A DNA stretch of 64,000 nucleotides. Source: an uncultured bacterium (GTDB lineage Bacteria > Patescibacteriota > Minisyncoccia > Phycocordibacterales > JAACPR01). The position numbers and the translations under genes were made by a program. The notes under the pieces are model-generated. The model searched no databases and had not been told where the DNA came from. It saw only the letters and a list, made by a program, of their open reading frames with translations. This document shows, piece by piece, positions 1 to 10,586 of the stretch. Each line of letters opens with the position of its first letter. Within the stretch, counting starts at the first letter, position 1. The DNA lies in assembly GCA_937858275.1 (NCBI GenBank), contig CALLZK010000024.1:72745-136744 (forward strand), given 5' to 3'.

Positions 1-163
1 CAAAAGTTGTAGCTAACTGCAGAACCGCATCAAAAGCCAAATCATAACTATTTGGCCTAGAAAAAAATTCTCTAAATAAAATAAGGTGGCCAGAAGAAGA
101 AATTGGCAAAAACTCTGTCACCCCTTGAATTATTCCTAAAATTATAGAATTTAAAATTTCCAT
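1..163 (-). CDS. uppP: Undecaprenyl-diphosphatase UppP (BacA), N-terminal fragment; gene continues beyond the window start
   Basis: Reverse-strand translation from the ATG at 161-163 gives [34 protein letters not shown]..., containing the UppP family signature E-F-L-P-I-S-S-x-G-H. The ORF runs off the window edge. Confidence 0.7.
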   Translation of the reverse strand, partial: MEILNSIILGIIQGVTEFLPISSSGHLILFREFFSRPNSYDLAFDAVLQLATTF

Positions 164-196
164 GTTATAATCAATTTAATTAATAATATATCAATT

Positions 197-931
197 ATGA
201 AAAAAAAGGAAATTTTATTTTTTTGTGCATCTTTAATAATATTAGGAGCGATTATTGCCACAGCCATTGTTGTGATTAGAAATAACAAAAATAATCCTCA
301 AACAAAAATAAAAGTTAAGGACGAAATATCCGGCTTATCTTATTCCATAAACACAATATCAGAAGATGATAATGTTTTAGGAAATCCAAATGCAAATGTT
401 GTACTAATCAATTATTCCGATTTTCAATGTCCGCATTGTAGAGAATTTCATTCAACGGTAATCAGATTAGTAGCCAATTATTCAAAAACTGGTGATTTTG
501 CATGGGTATATAGACATTTTCCAACAGAAGAAGCTGTCGGTAAAGCAAAAAACTCTATTTCAAAAAAAGCATCAGTTGCATCAGAATGTGTAAAAGAAAT
601 CTCTGGTCCAACTGCATTTTGGGATTTTATTCATGAAATATATACAAGTCTACCAATAGATTTTGATGAGGCCGACTTACAGACACTTGCTTCAAAAATG
701 AATGTAAATCAAGAGCTTTATTTGAGTTGTATAAATAGCGGAAGATACGATGCTAAAATTCAAAAACACATAGAAGACGGATTGGCCATATCAAAAAAAG
801 ATAAAGATTTTGGTACACCATATAACATATTTATAACAAGAGACGGTCGTCAAATTATTTTACCCGGCCCCCAATCTTATACAACCCTAAATGAATTAGT
901 TAGAATTTATTCTACAACAATTCGTCGATAA
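197..931 (+). CDS. DsbA-family thiol:disulfide oxidoreductase with an N-terminal membrane anchor
   Basis: N-terminal hydrophobic helix. Thioredoxin-fold active site FQCPHC (CxxC) in a DsbA-like context. The upstream TGtTATAAT sits immediately before the ATG. Confidence 0.75.
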   Translation: MKKKEILFFCASLIILGAIIATAIVVIRNNKNNPQTKIKVKDEISGLSYSINTISEDDNVLGNPNANVVLINYSDFQCPHCREFHSTVIRLVANYSKTGDFAWVYRHFPTEEAVGKAKNSISKKASVASECVKEISGPTAFWDFIHEIYTSLPIDFDEADLQTLASKMNVNQELYLSCINSGRYDAKIQKHIEDGLAISKKDKDFGTPYNIFITRDGRQIILPGPQSYTTLNELVRIYSTTIRR

Positions 932-933
932 AA

Positions 934-3915
934 TTATAAATTTTTTATCAAATTACAATACTGACAATCTTTTTTATTGCAACCCAGTTTTAGAATATCG
1001 CCCGAAAATATCTCTTTGGCCATTTTGTTAATTTGCATTTTCAAATCTAATTTATCTTTTTCTTCTACATTAACATAAAATCTCTCAAAATCATTTTTTT
1101 TGTTTTTTTGAACAAAATCTAAATACATTTGATTTATCGAAAAATTATTATCTTTATAATTTTCCAGCAATAATGCATAAAATACTAGTTGTCTTTTTAA
1201 GTTTTCTTTTTCTTGTTTGTCTGTTTTTTCTTTAAAAGTTTTTCCTGTTTTATAATCAACAATATTTATTTTTCCAGATCCAAGTGAATCAATAAATTCA
1301 ATTTTGTCCAAAATACCGCTTAAAATAATGGTTTTTCCAGAATCTAATATTAAATTTTTTGTTATTCTTTGTTCGGTTAAAACATTAAAATAGAAAGTTT
1401 TATGGTGGTTGTCATAATATTGATCTAAAACAGATACTCCTCTTTCTTTATATTTTTTAAAATCTTTACCGATTAAACTAGAATTGATTATATTCTGATT
1501 GAAAAAATTTAACAATTTTGTTTTCGGTAAAATCTTTTGAGATTTAAAGCATTCAACAAAAAAACTTTTTAGAGAGTTGTGGATCAAATTTCCAAAAACT
1601 GAATGAGGTTGATAATCTTCTGGAATTTTTATCAAGCTTCTGAATAAATATTTGTTTGGGCATTCCAAATAATTATTTAAAGCCGTGACACTCAAATTAG
1701 ATTCTAAAAACAAATTTGTAACATAATCTTTGTCTAAAATCTTATTTTTATTTTCAAAATGTGTAATAAAATTTGATACTTCTTTTAAGTTTTTATTTTC
1801 AAAATCTTTGGTATTTATTTTTTCCACACAATCATCGTCAATTTCATCAACAAATTGACTTTTTTCTTTTTCTTTTCCTTGCCAATCTGTGACAGAAAAA
1901 GAAATATTTAATTCTTTTTTTGCACGAGTCATTGCAACATAAAACAATCTTCTCTCATCATCAATATCGCCCTTAAAACTAGATATTGGCAAAGATATTT
2001 TTGAGAAACCCCTACTTTTTTCCCAATTACTTCTTGTGGAATTTATAATATAAACAAACTCAAATTCTAAACCCTTGGATTTGTGGGCGGTTAATAAATT
2101 TACCCCACCAACAATTTCTGGATCATCTGATTTTATATCCAAATTATATTTTAAATAATAATCAACAAATTTTATAAAATCTGTTAAAGAATAATTTTTG
2201 TTAGAATCAATTTGTCTTTTTATTTCATCAAATATTTTATCTATTTTTAGGATTTGTTCTTGACCATTATTGGATTTTAACATGAAAGACAAATACCCCG
2301 TTTCTTGCAAAAATAATTTGAAAAATTCTGCAAAATTTAAATTTTTAGATTTGACCTTCAAATCTTTAATTTTTTCAAAAAAGTTATCAAACTCTTTTAA
2401 TTTATCGTTTTTTAAAATAAATTCTGACAAAAATTCTTTGCCATTTCTATTATAAACATCAAATTCTTTTAAAATTTTTGTAACAACATAGGGATCAAAT
2501 TTCAAAAAATCAATAAATAAAGATCTTGATAAGTATTCGTTTGATATTGGATTTTCTATTAATTTTAATAAATTTATCAAATTAGAAATATTTTTATCAT
2601 TTAATAAATTCTCTTTAGATAAAATTGTATATGGGACTTTATGTTTTACAAATAATTCCTTTAGATCTTCAATTTCTTTATTGGAACGATAAATTATAGC
2701 TATTTGTTCTGGTGCTATTCCGGATTTTATTTTTTGAGAAATATCTTGAGCCAAAAATAACATTTCAAATTTGTAATTAGAAAATTGATAAATTTTTACT
2801 AATTGATCTTTTGTTAAATTAGAATTTAGTTTAAATGACTCAGGTATTGTGTGAGCGATCAAAGAATGTGCTGAATCTAATATTTTTTGACCAGATCTAT
2901 AGTTTTCCAATAAATTAATATAAATAATATCATTATATATTTTATTAAAATGTTTGAATGTTTTTAGACTTGCTCCTTGAAATCTATAAATTGATTGTTT
3001 TTCGTCTCCAACCGTAAAAAGGTTTGGTCTTTTATTTAGATGTTTTGCATCAGTCAAAAACTCTATGATTTTATTTTGACCCTCATTTGTATCTTGATGT
3101 TCATCAACCAAAATATATTGATATTTTTCTTGTAAATCCAATCTAAGATTTTTGTTTTTTTGCAACTGCAACAATACAGACAAAATCATATCGTTGAAAT
3201 CATACAAATTTTGTTCTTTTAATTTGTCTTGATATATTTGAAAAAAATTTGCAATTTGTTTTACTTTTTTAATTTTAGTATCAATTTTATCTTTCTCAGA
3301 AGGTTTTAAATCCCCCTTTTTATAATCGCCAGTATTTTTTTTATAATAAAGGTCATCACTAGATAACATTTCTTTTTCCCATAAAGGAATTCTGGATAAT
3401 AAATCTTTTGGTGATAGGCCTTCTTGTTTTAAATCATTTAAAGCACCGGCAATTTGTTTTAAACTAGAAAAAGGATCATTTGGTGATTGTAAATCGGGAA
3501 AATCATTTTCTTTCATAATTTCTTCTAAAATTTTAAATTTTTGAAAATCAGTTATGATTTTTGAGTATTCCAATTCTTTAAAATAAAAAGAAAATTCACG
3601 AATAATATTTTCCGCGAAAGAATGAAAAGTAAATATGTTAACTCGATAAGCCCTGTCACCAATATAATCCAAAAGTTTTTTTCTCATAGCCATAACACCG
3701 GAATTGGTAAAGGTTAATGCCAAAATATTTTCCGGCATCATGTCAGTTTTCAATAAAATATTAGCAATTCTAAGTGTTAAAATTGTGGTTTTTCCTGTTC
3801 CGGGACCTGCGATAACCATCACAGGACCTTCTATTGTATCAACCGCTTTTTTTTGTTCTTTATTTAAATTTTTATATGCTTTGTCAAAATTAGCACTTGA
3901 TTGTTTTTTGGTCAT
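934..3915 (-). CDS. UvrD/PcrA-family helicase fused to a C-terminal PD-(D/E)XK (Cas4/AddB-like) nuclease domain with a 4-Cys cluster
   Basis: N-terminus has Walker A AGPGTGKTT and UvrD helicase motifs (TFH, VDEHQDTN, QSIYRFQGA). The C-terminal approximately 250 aa has CPNKY...DYKTGK...QLVFY...CNKKDCQYC, typical of RecB-family nucleases with an Fe-S cluster. Confidence 0.8.
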   Translation of the reverse strand: MTKKQSSANFDKAYKNLNKEQKKAVDTIEGPVMVIAGPGTGKTTILTLRIANILLKTDMMPENILALTFTNSGVMAMRKKLLDYIGDRAYRVNIFTFHSFAENIIREFSFYFKELEYSKIITDFQKFKILEEIMKENDFPDLQSPNDPFSSLKQIAGALNDLKQEGLSPKDLLSRIPLWEKEMLSSDDLYYKKNTGDYKKGDLKPSEKDKIDTKIKKVKQIANFFQIYQDKLKEQNLYDFNDMILSVLLQLQKNKNLRLDLQEKYQYILVDEHQDTNEGQNKIIEFLTDAKHLNKRPNLFTVGDEKQSIYRFQGASLKTFKHFNKIYNDIIYINLLENYRSGQKILDSAHSLIAHTIPESFKLNSNLTKDQLVKIYQFSNYKFEMLFLAQDISQKIKSGIAPEQIAIIYRSNKEIEDLKELFVKHKVPYTILSKENLLNDKNISNLINLLKLIENPISNEYLSRSLFIDFLKFDPYVVTKILKEFDVYNRNGKEFLSEFILKNDKLKEFDNFFEKIKDLKVKSKNLNFAEFFKLFLQETGYLSFMLKSNNGQEQILKIDKIFDEIKRQIDSNKNYSLTDFIKFVDYYLKYNLDIKSDDPEIVGGVNLLTAHKSKGLEFEFVYIINSTRSNWEKSRGFSKISLPISSFKGDIDDERRLFYVAMTRAKKELNISFSVTDWQGKEKEKSQFVDEIDDDCVEKINTKDFENKNLKEVSNFITHFENKNKILDKDYVTNLFLESNLSVTALNNYLECPNKYLFRSLIKIPEDYQPHSVFGNLIHNSLKSFFVECFKSQKILPKTKLLNFFNQNIINSSLIGKDFKKYKERGVSVLDQYYDNHHKTFYFNVLTEQRITKNLILDSGKTIILSGILDKIEFIDSLGSGKINIVDYKTGKTFKEKTDKQEKENLKRQLVFYALLLENYKDNNFSINQMYLDFVQKNKKNDFERFYVNVEEKDKLDLKMQINKMAKEIFSGDILKLGCNKKDCQYCNLIKNL

Positions 3916-3943
3916 ATATAATTTAAATTATAAATTCAAAAAA

Positions 3944-5137
3944 TTAATAATTTTTTAGTTTGTCAGAAAATGGATGTTGTCTTATTTTTTCATGGGCTTT
4001 TGATTCAATTTGTCGAATTCTTTCTCTGGTCACACCAAATTTTTTACCAACCTCTTCTAGTGTATGCTGAATACCGTCAACCAAACCGTGCCTAAGTTCA
4101 AGAATTTTTCTTTCTTTTTCAGATAAATCACTCAAAATATCTTTTACTTGCTCTCTTAAAATAGCATGAGAAGCATCTTGATCTGGTGAAGAAATTCCGT
4201 CATCAGCCAAAAAATCACTTAGGGTAGATTTTTCATCTCCCTCATCACCAATCGGACTTTCAAGCGAAATTGTGCTTTGATCAATTTTTTCAATAGTATA
4301 AATTTTTTCAATTTCAAGTCCCATTTCAATAGACATTTCTTCTGGCATTGGTTCTCGTCCAAGATCTTGAGAAAGCCTTCTAAAAACTTGTTTGTATTTT
4401 GCAATAGTTTCAACCATGTGAACCGGAACACGAATAGTTCTTGACTGATCAGCCAATGCTCTAGTTATGGCTTGTCTTATCCACCAAGTTGCATAAGTAG
4501 AAAATTTGTAACCTTTAGTCCAATCAAATTTATCGACCGCCTTGAATAGTCCAATATTACCCTCCTGTATCAAATCAAGTAAAGTCAAATCAGCACTTCT
4601 TCCAACATATTTTTTGGCGATTGAGACAACCAATCTCAAATTAGCCCTAGCAAGAAGATTTTTTGCTTCTTCATCACCAGCTTCTATTCTCTTTGCCAAT
4701 TCCCTCTCTTCTCCAGCCACGATCAGTGGGTATTGTCCAATTTCTTTCAAATACATTTGAATTGAATCATATTGTGATGCAGATCTTCCAGAAAGATATT
4801 TTTTTACATCTTCTAACTCGTCTTTGACTTCCAAAAATCCTCCGCCGTCAAGAACATCAACACCTGCATTTTCTAATTTCTCATAAAATTCAGACAAAAG
4901 AGTGACATCGGTTTCAATATTTGGAAATTCTTTTAAAATCTCGTCGTATGTCACAAAACCTCTTTCTTTACCCTTATCCAAAAGTTTGTTAATTTTTGTT
5001 TCCGTATCTTCTTTCTTGTTTTTTTTGGAAACTGGTATTTTTTCTTTTTTGGTTTTGGTCTTTTTATTTACCTTATTATTGATAACTTTTTTGGAGCTGA
5101 TTTTTGATTTTTTAAATAATTTTTTATTTTTGGACAT
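3944..5137 (-). CDS. rpoD: RNA polymerase sigma-70 factor RpoD
   Basis: Region 2 motifs [18 protein letters not shown] and [16 protein letters not shown]. Region 4 motif [20 protein letters not shown]. Lys-rich N-terminus. Confidence 0.95.
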   Translation of the reverse strand: MSKNKKLFKKSKISSKKVINNKVNKKTKTKKEKIPVSKKNKKEDTETKINKLLDKGKERGFVTYDEILKEFPNIETDVTLLSEFYEKLENAGVDVLDGGGFLEVKDELEDVKKYLSGRSASQYDSIQMYLKEIGQYPLIVAGEERELAKRIEAGDEEAKNLLARANLRLVVSIAKKYVGRSADLTLLDLIQEGNIGLFKAVDKFDWTKGYKFSTYATWWIRQAITRALADQSRTIRVPVHMVETIAKYKQVFRRLSQDLGREPMPEEMSIEMGLEIEKIYTIEKIDQSTISLESPIGDEGDEKSTLSDFLADDGISSPDQDASHAILREQVKDILSDLSEKERKILELRHGLVDGIQHTLEEVGKKFGVTRERIRQIESKAHEKIRQHPFSDKLKNY

Positions 5138-5158
5138 ATTTTTTTAATTATAACAAAT

Positions 5159-6859
5159 TTAATTATTTTTATTAATACCCTGCATCTTTTTTGAAACTTC
5201 ATCTATTTTTTTTAAAATTTCATTTGATATCTTTTCATCACCAGATTTTTCGGCTTGCCGAAGTTCTGCTAATAATTTTTCACGATATCGATTTAGATAT
5301 TTTATTTCTAAATTAATCAAAAGCTCTTTCATCTCTTGATTTATATTTTTTTTATCTAATATATTTTCTTCTAAACTCAAAATCATGGATTCTATATCTG
5401 GTTGTACTGTTTTTACTATCAAATCATACTGATCATTCAAAATGTTTTTTATTTTGATTTGTAAATCATCGACATCAATAATTTTTTGTTTAGAATTTTG
5501 TTGCCACATTAATATTCCAAAAATTCTTTTTTCAATATTTAAAGAATCTTTTTTTATTTTTATTTCGATATTTTCTGTTTTGTTAACAGAATTTGTTTTG
5601 TATCTTTTGATCTCTTCATAAATAATTTCTTCTTTAATATCAAACTGATCACTGACCATTTGAATAAAGTTGGATTGTTCTATATTGTTTGATATTTCTG
5701 ATATGTAAGGAATTATTTGAGTAGATATTTTTTTGGCTACTTGTCTTTTATCGTTTTCAGAAGTTTTAATTTTTTCAATTAAAACTTCTACAATATGCTT
5801 TGAATTTTTTATAATTTTTTTCCACTCATCAACATTATCTTTTATGACATCGGCAGGATCTTTTCCACCAGAAATTGGAGCTATTTTTACATCAAAACCG
5901 ATAGATAAAGCCATTTGCCAAGCCCTTTGAGATGCTTTAAAACCTGCACTATCAGAATCAAATGCAATAATCAAATTTGAAGAAATTCTATAAATCATTT
6001 TTAATTGTTCTTCTGAAAGTGCTGTTCCAGAAGATGCAATAGCATTGCAATAATTAGCCTGATGACACATTATAGTATCCATTTGTCCTTCAACCAAAAT
6101 TGCAAAATCGTATTTTCTAATATATTGCTTGGCCCAATTAAAGCCATATAGAATTTCAGATTTTTTAAATAATGGACCTTCTGGACTATTTAGATATTTC
6201 GCATTTTTTTTATCATCTTGACCAAAAATTCTGCCGGAAAATGCAACCGTTTCTCCAATTGAATTAAAAATTGGAAACATAATCCTACTACGAAATGTAT
6301 CATATTTATCTTTTGATGGAGCAATTTTTATCATTCCAGATTTAAAAATTAAATCCTCTGAAAATTTATTTTGTTTTAAAAACACCAATAAAGATTTCCA
6401 GTCATTTAGGGCATATCCTATTTTCCATTGTTTTATCGTTTTTTCAGATAATCCCCTTTTTTTTAAATAAGATAATGCTTCTGAATTATTTTTTAAATTA
6501 TTTTGATAAAAATCTGTTGAAACCCTCAAAATTTCTTTTATTTGTTTATTCGTCTGATCAGGGTTTTCTGAATTTTTAGATAATTTTATTCCTGTTTTAT
6601 CTGCCAACAACTTTAAAGAATCATAAAAATCTATTCCCTCCATTTTTTGGACAAAAGTAAATATATCACCCTTTTCACCACAACCAAAACAATAATAACC
6701 ATCTCGATCTGGAGAAATGAAAAAAGACGGTGTTTTTTCATTATGAAAAGGACATCTACCTTTGTAATTCTTTCCTGATTTTTCTAATTTTATGTATGTC
6801 TCAACTAATTCTTTGATGCCTAGTCGCTCCTTAATTTTTTGAACATCATTGTGCGACAT
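5159..6859 (-). CDS. dnaG: DNA primase DnaG
   Basis: CHC2 zinc finger CPFHNEKTPSF...CFGCG. TOPRIM region EGQMD...DSDSAG. Sits immediately upstream of rpoD as in the classical macromolecular-synthesis operon. Confidence 0.9.
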   Translation of the reverse strand: MSHNDVQKIKERLGIKELVETYIKLEKSGKNYKGRCPFHNEKTPSFFISPDRDGYYCFGCGEKGDIFTFVQKMEGIDFYDSLKLLADKTGIKLSKNSENPDQTNKQIKEILRVSTDFYQNNLKNNSEALSYLKKRGLSEKTIKQWKIGYALNDWKSLLVFLKQNKFSEDLIFKSGMIKIAPSKDKYDTFRSRIMFPIFNSIGETVAFSGRIFGQDDKKNAKYLNSPEGPLFKKSEILYGFNWAKQYIRKYDFAILVEGQMDTIMCHQANYCNAIASSGTALSEEQLKMIYRISSNLIIAFDSDSAGFKASQRAWQMALSIGFDVKIAPISGGKDPADVIKDNVDEWKKIIKNSKHIVEVLIEKIKTSENDKRQVAKKISTQIIPYISEISNNIEQSNFIQMVSDQFDIKEEIIYEEIKRYKTNSVNKTENIEIKIKKDSLNIEKRIFGILMWQQNSKQKIIDVDDLQIKIKNILNDQYDLIVKTVQPDIESMILSLEENILDKKNINQEMKELLINLEIKYLNRYREKLLAELRQAEKSGDEKISNEILKKIDEVSKKMQGINKNN

Positions 6860-6867
6860 TGTTTGTT

Positions 6868-9800
6868 TTAATATTCTCTAAATTCTTGTACAGAATTTTC
6901 ATATTGTTCTGTTGCTTTTTCTTCAATTTCTTTTGCTTGTTGATTTTTTTTGCTTCCCTTAAAGCCGGTTCCTGCAGGAATCAAACGGCCAAGGATAACA
7001 TTTTCTTTCAAACCATCAAGCGGATCTTCTGCTCCACGAATAGCTGAATTTATTAGAACTTTTGTGGTATGTTGAAAAGATGCGGCTGACAAAAAGCTTT
7101 TTCTTGATAGAGAAACTTCTGTAATACCCAAAACAACGGATTCGGCTTTTGCTTTCATTCCATTATTATTTTCAACTGTCTTATTTTCTTCATTAAAATC
7201 ATCTTTATTTACAATATCTCCATTTGTAAACTTTGTATCTCCACCATCAATAATTCTAACTCTTGAAAACATTTGTCTAACAATAATTTCTATATGTTTT
7301 CTTGAAACAGATTCTCCCTGCAATTCATAAACTTTATTAATTTGGTTGATTATATAATCTTCTGCCTTGTCTTGTCCGGCATATTTGAATATTTCTGATA
7401 TATCCGCAGAACCATCTGTCAAAAATTGTCCTTTCAACACCTCATCTCCAACTTTTACAAGTGGTGTTCTGATATGAGTAACAACATATTCCGAATTTTT
7501 CTTAGTTTTTGCTTTTGTGTCACCTTTTGGAGTAATTATTATTATTTTGTCTTTTCCATCTTCTTTTATTTCTGTCACAAGACCATCAATTTTTGAAATC
7601 AGTGCTGGACTTTTTGGCTTTCTTCTTTCAAAAACCTCTTCCACTCTAGGCAAACCTTGTGTGATGTCTCCACCAACAGAAGCCGTACCTCCAGCATGAA
7701 ATGTTCTCATTGTAAGCTGTGTTCCAGGTTCTCCAATAGCTTGTGCTGCAACAGTTCCAACGGCTTCACCAAGATCTATTAATTCATCTTTTCCAAGGTC
7801 AACACCATAACACTTACTACAAATGCCTCTTTTTGTTTCACATGTTAGAGGTGATCTAACCATAACTTCGGCGACAGTAGAGTCTTCTATCATTTGAGCA
7901 TCTTCTTTTGTAATCAAGTGTCCTTTTTCAAATATTTTTTTACCTTCAGAAATTAAATCTTGTGCCAAAACTCTTCCTTTTATTTTTTTAGCCAAAGAAA
8001 TTTCTATACCAGAATCACTTGTATTTCTTTTTATTGTGATGAATTTTTTTGTACCGCAATCATGCTCTCTAACGATAACATCCTGAGCCACATCGAAAAG
8101 TCTTCTAGTCAAATATCCAGCTCTCGCAGTGTTTAGGGCAGTATCTGTAAGACCCTTTCTTGAACCGTGTGTAGATGTAAAGTATTCTATTGGGCTAAAA
8201 CCTTCTTTACTGCTTGAGATTATTGGGTTTTCAAGCTCTTCTCCTCTTGAGTTTATAATAATACCCTTCATTCCGGCCATTTGAGTAATTTGTCCCAAAG
8301 AACCTCTGGCACCAGACTTCCACATATCGTAAACTGGTCCATTTGAATCCAAGGTATTTGGAATTAAAGATTCTATTTGGGTTTTTGCCCCATGCCAAAT
8401 TGTTGTTAATTTTCTTTTTTTCTCAGCATCTGACAATAAACCTTCGTTGTATTGATTTTTAATTTTTTTGACTTCTTCTAGAGCAGAATTTATTATTGAT
8501 TCTTTTTCGATTGGTATTTGCAAATCATCTATCGCCCAAGTAACTCCTGATTTTGTAGCAAATTTGAAACCGAAATCTTTTATCTTGTCTAGAATTTCAG
8601 GCAAACCATGTAAGCCATATTTGTTAATAAAGTCATTAACAATTTTTGTCATCTTCTTTTTATCAATTTCCTCATTGATAAATGTATAATCATCAGGCAA
8701 GACAGAGTTGAACATTATTCTACCTATTGTTGTTTCTATAGTTTCTTTATCACCATTTATATATTTTGTACCAACTTTTGTTTTTATTAAAATTTTAGCC
8801 CTTAATCCAACAAGACCATAATCGTATGCGGTCATCGCCAAGTTTGGACCAGGAAAAATCATTCCTTCTCCTTTTTCACCATCAACCATTTTAGTAACCC
8901 AAAAACATCCAAGCAAAATATCTAGCAATTTTTGAGAAACTATTGGATCTCCGGATCCTGGCTTCAAAACATTTTTATCGGCAGCCATAATTTCTCTTGC
9001 TTCATATTGAGCAACAACAGACAATGGAACATGAACAGCCATTTGATCACCGTCAAAGTCAGCATTGAAAGCAGTACAAACAAGAGGATGAACTTGAATA
9101 GCATTACCTTCAATTAAAACTGGTTTGAATGCTTGAATACCTAATCTGTGCAAAGTTGGGGCACGATTTAAAAGAACATATTTATCTTGAATTACATCAT
9201 CTAGAATTTCCCAAACTTCCGGAGATTCGTCATCAATTAATCTACCAGCACCTCTTATGTTAAAAGCTAATTCTTTTTTGAGTAATTCAGAAATAATAAA
9301 AGGCCTAAATAACTCCAAAGCCATGTGTTTTGGTAAACCACATTGATTTAATTTTAGTGTTGGACCAATAACAATTACAGATCTTCCAGAATAATCAACT
9401 CTTTTTCCCAGCAAATTACCTCTGAAAAATCCTCTTTTACCCTTCAAGCTGTCGGCTATTGATTTTAGGGGTCTTTTTTGAGCCTGACTTGCCATACTAG
9501 AACTAGAATTATGTCTAATGCTATTATCTAATAATGCATCAACTGCTTCTTGCAAAATTCTTTTTTCATTTCTCAAAATAACATCTGGAGCTCCTATTTC
9601 TTGCAATTTTTTTAGACGATTATTTCTATTTATAACTCTACGATACAAATCGTTTACATCTGATGTTGCCTGTCTTCCACCATCAAGAGCGACCATCGGT
9701 CTAAGTGCTGGAGGAATGACTGGTATGTGTGTCATAAACATCCATTCGGGTCTAATTTCTGACTTAACCATTGCCCTGATCAAACTAATTCTCTTGTTTA

Positions 9801-10551
9801 TTTTTTCTTTTGACAAAGCCGGTGCATCTTTTATTTGATCTTCAAGTTTTTTTAGTAATTCGTTTAAATCTAATTTTTTAAATATTTCATATACAGCTTC
9901 AGCACCAATTTCAGCTTCAAACAAAGATCCATACTTCATGGAATATTTGTGATACACAACCTCATCCAAGACTTGTCCTTGCTGAATTGTGTCTATTTCT
10001 GATTTTGTTTGCAAGTATAAAGATTTTAATTTTTCTTTAGTTTTTTCATCTTGAGCAGTTTTTGTTTTATTTTTAAATTCTGATTCCAAATCATTCAAGA
10101 TTCGCTTTTTTTCATTTTCATGAACTTCGGTTATTAGATATCCTGCAAAATAGATAACTTTTTCAACATCAGATGATTGCATACCAAGCAATGTACTTAT
10201 TCTTGATGGCATACTTCTTAAAAACCAAATATGAGCAACTGGACTTGCCAAAGTTATATGACCCATTCTTTCTCTTCTGACAATAGATCTTGTTACTTCG
10301 ACTCCACATTTTTCACAAACTATTCCTTTATATCTGATGCCACGATATTTTCCACAATAACATTCATAATCTTTTTCTGGACCGAAAATTCTTTCGTCAA
10401 AAAGACCGTTTTTTTCTGATCTTTGAGTACGATAATTTACAGTTTCTGGTTTTGTGACTTCTCCATAAGACCATTCAAGTATTCTATCTGGTGATGCCAA
10501 CTTCAAAAAAATCTTGTCTATTGCTGGTTTTTTGTGTGTTTTTCTTTGCAT
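6868..10551 (-). CDS. rpoC: DNA-directed RNA polymerase beta' subunit RpoC
   Basis: 1227 aa. Zn-binding N-terminus (CYCGKY...CEKCGVEV) and the catalytic NADFDGDQMAVHVP motif. Confidence 0.97.
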   Translation of the reverse strand: MQRKTHKKPAIDKIFLKLASPDRILEWSYGEVTKPETVNYRTQRSEKNGLFDERIFGPEKDYECYCGKYRGIRYKGIVCEKCGVEVTRSIVRRERMGHITLASPVAHIWFLRSMPSRISTLLGMQSSDVEKVIYFAGYLITEVHENEKKRILNDLESEFKNKTKTAQDEKTKEKLKSLYLQTKSEIDTIQQGQVLDEVVYHKYSMKYGSLFEAEIGAEAVYEIFKKLDLNELLKKLEDQIKDAPALSKEKINKRISLIRAMVKSEIRPEWMFMTHIPVIPPALRPMVALDGGRQATSDVNDLYRRVINRNNRLKKLQEIGAPDVILRNEKRILQEAVDALLDNSIRHNSSSSMASQAQKRPLKSIADSLKGKRGFFRGNLLGKRVDYSGRSVIVIGPTLKLNQCGLPKHMALELFRPFIISELLKKELAFNIRGAGRLIDDESPEVWEILDDVIQDKYVLLNRAPTLHRLGIQAFKPVLIEGNAIQVHPLVCTAFNADFDGDQMAVHVPLSVVAQYEAREIMAADKNVLKPGSGDPIVSQKLLDILLGCFWVTKMVDGEKGEGMIFPGPNLAMTAYDYGLVGLRAKILIKTKVGTKYINGDKETIETTIGRIMFNSVLPDDYTFINEEIDKKKMTKIVNDFINKYGLHGLPEILDKIKDFGFKFATKSGVTWAIDDLQIPIEKESIINSALEEVKKIKNQYNEGLLSDAEKKRKLTTIWHGAKTQIESLIPNTLDSNGPVYDMWKSGARGSLGQITQMAGMKGIIINSRGEELENPIISSSKEGFSPIEYFTSTHGSRKGLTDTALNTARAGYLTRRLFDVAQDVIVREHDCGTKKFITIKRNTSDSGIEISLAKKIKGRVLAQDLISEGKKIFEKGHLITKEDAQMIEDSTVAEVMVRSPLTCETKRGICSKCYGVDLGKDELIDLGEAVGTVAAQAIGEPGTQLTMRTFHAGGTASVGGDITQGLPRVEEVFERRKPKSPALISKIDGLVTEIKEDGKDKIIIITPKGDTKAKTKKNSEYVVTHIRTPLVKVGDEVLKGQFLTDGSADISEIFKYAGQDKAEDYIINQINKVYELQGESVSRKHIEIIVRQMFSRVRIIDGGDTKFTNGDIVNKDDFNEENKTVENNNGMKAKAESVVLGITEVSLSRKSFLSAASFQHTTKVLINSAIRGAEDPLDGLKENVILGRLIPAGTGFKGSKKNQQAKEIEEKATEQYENSVQEFREY

Positions 10552-10586
10552 AAATTTTAATTAATTAATTTGATATCTAATAAACA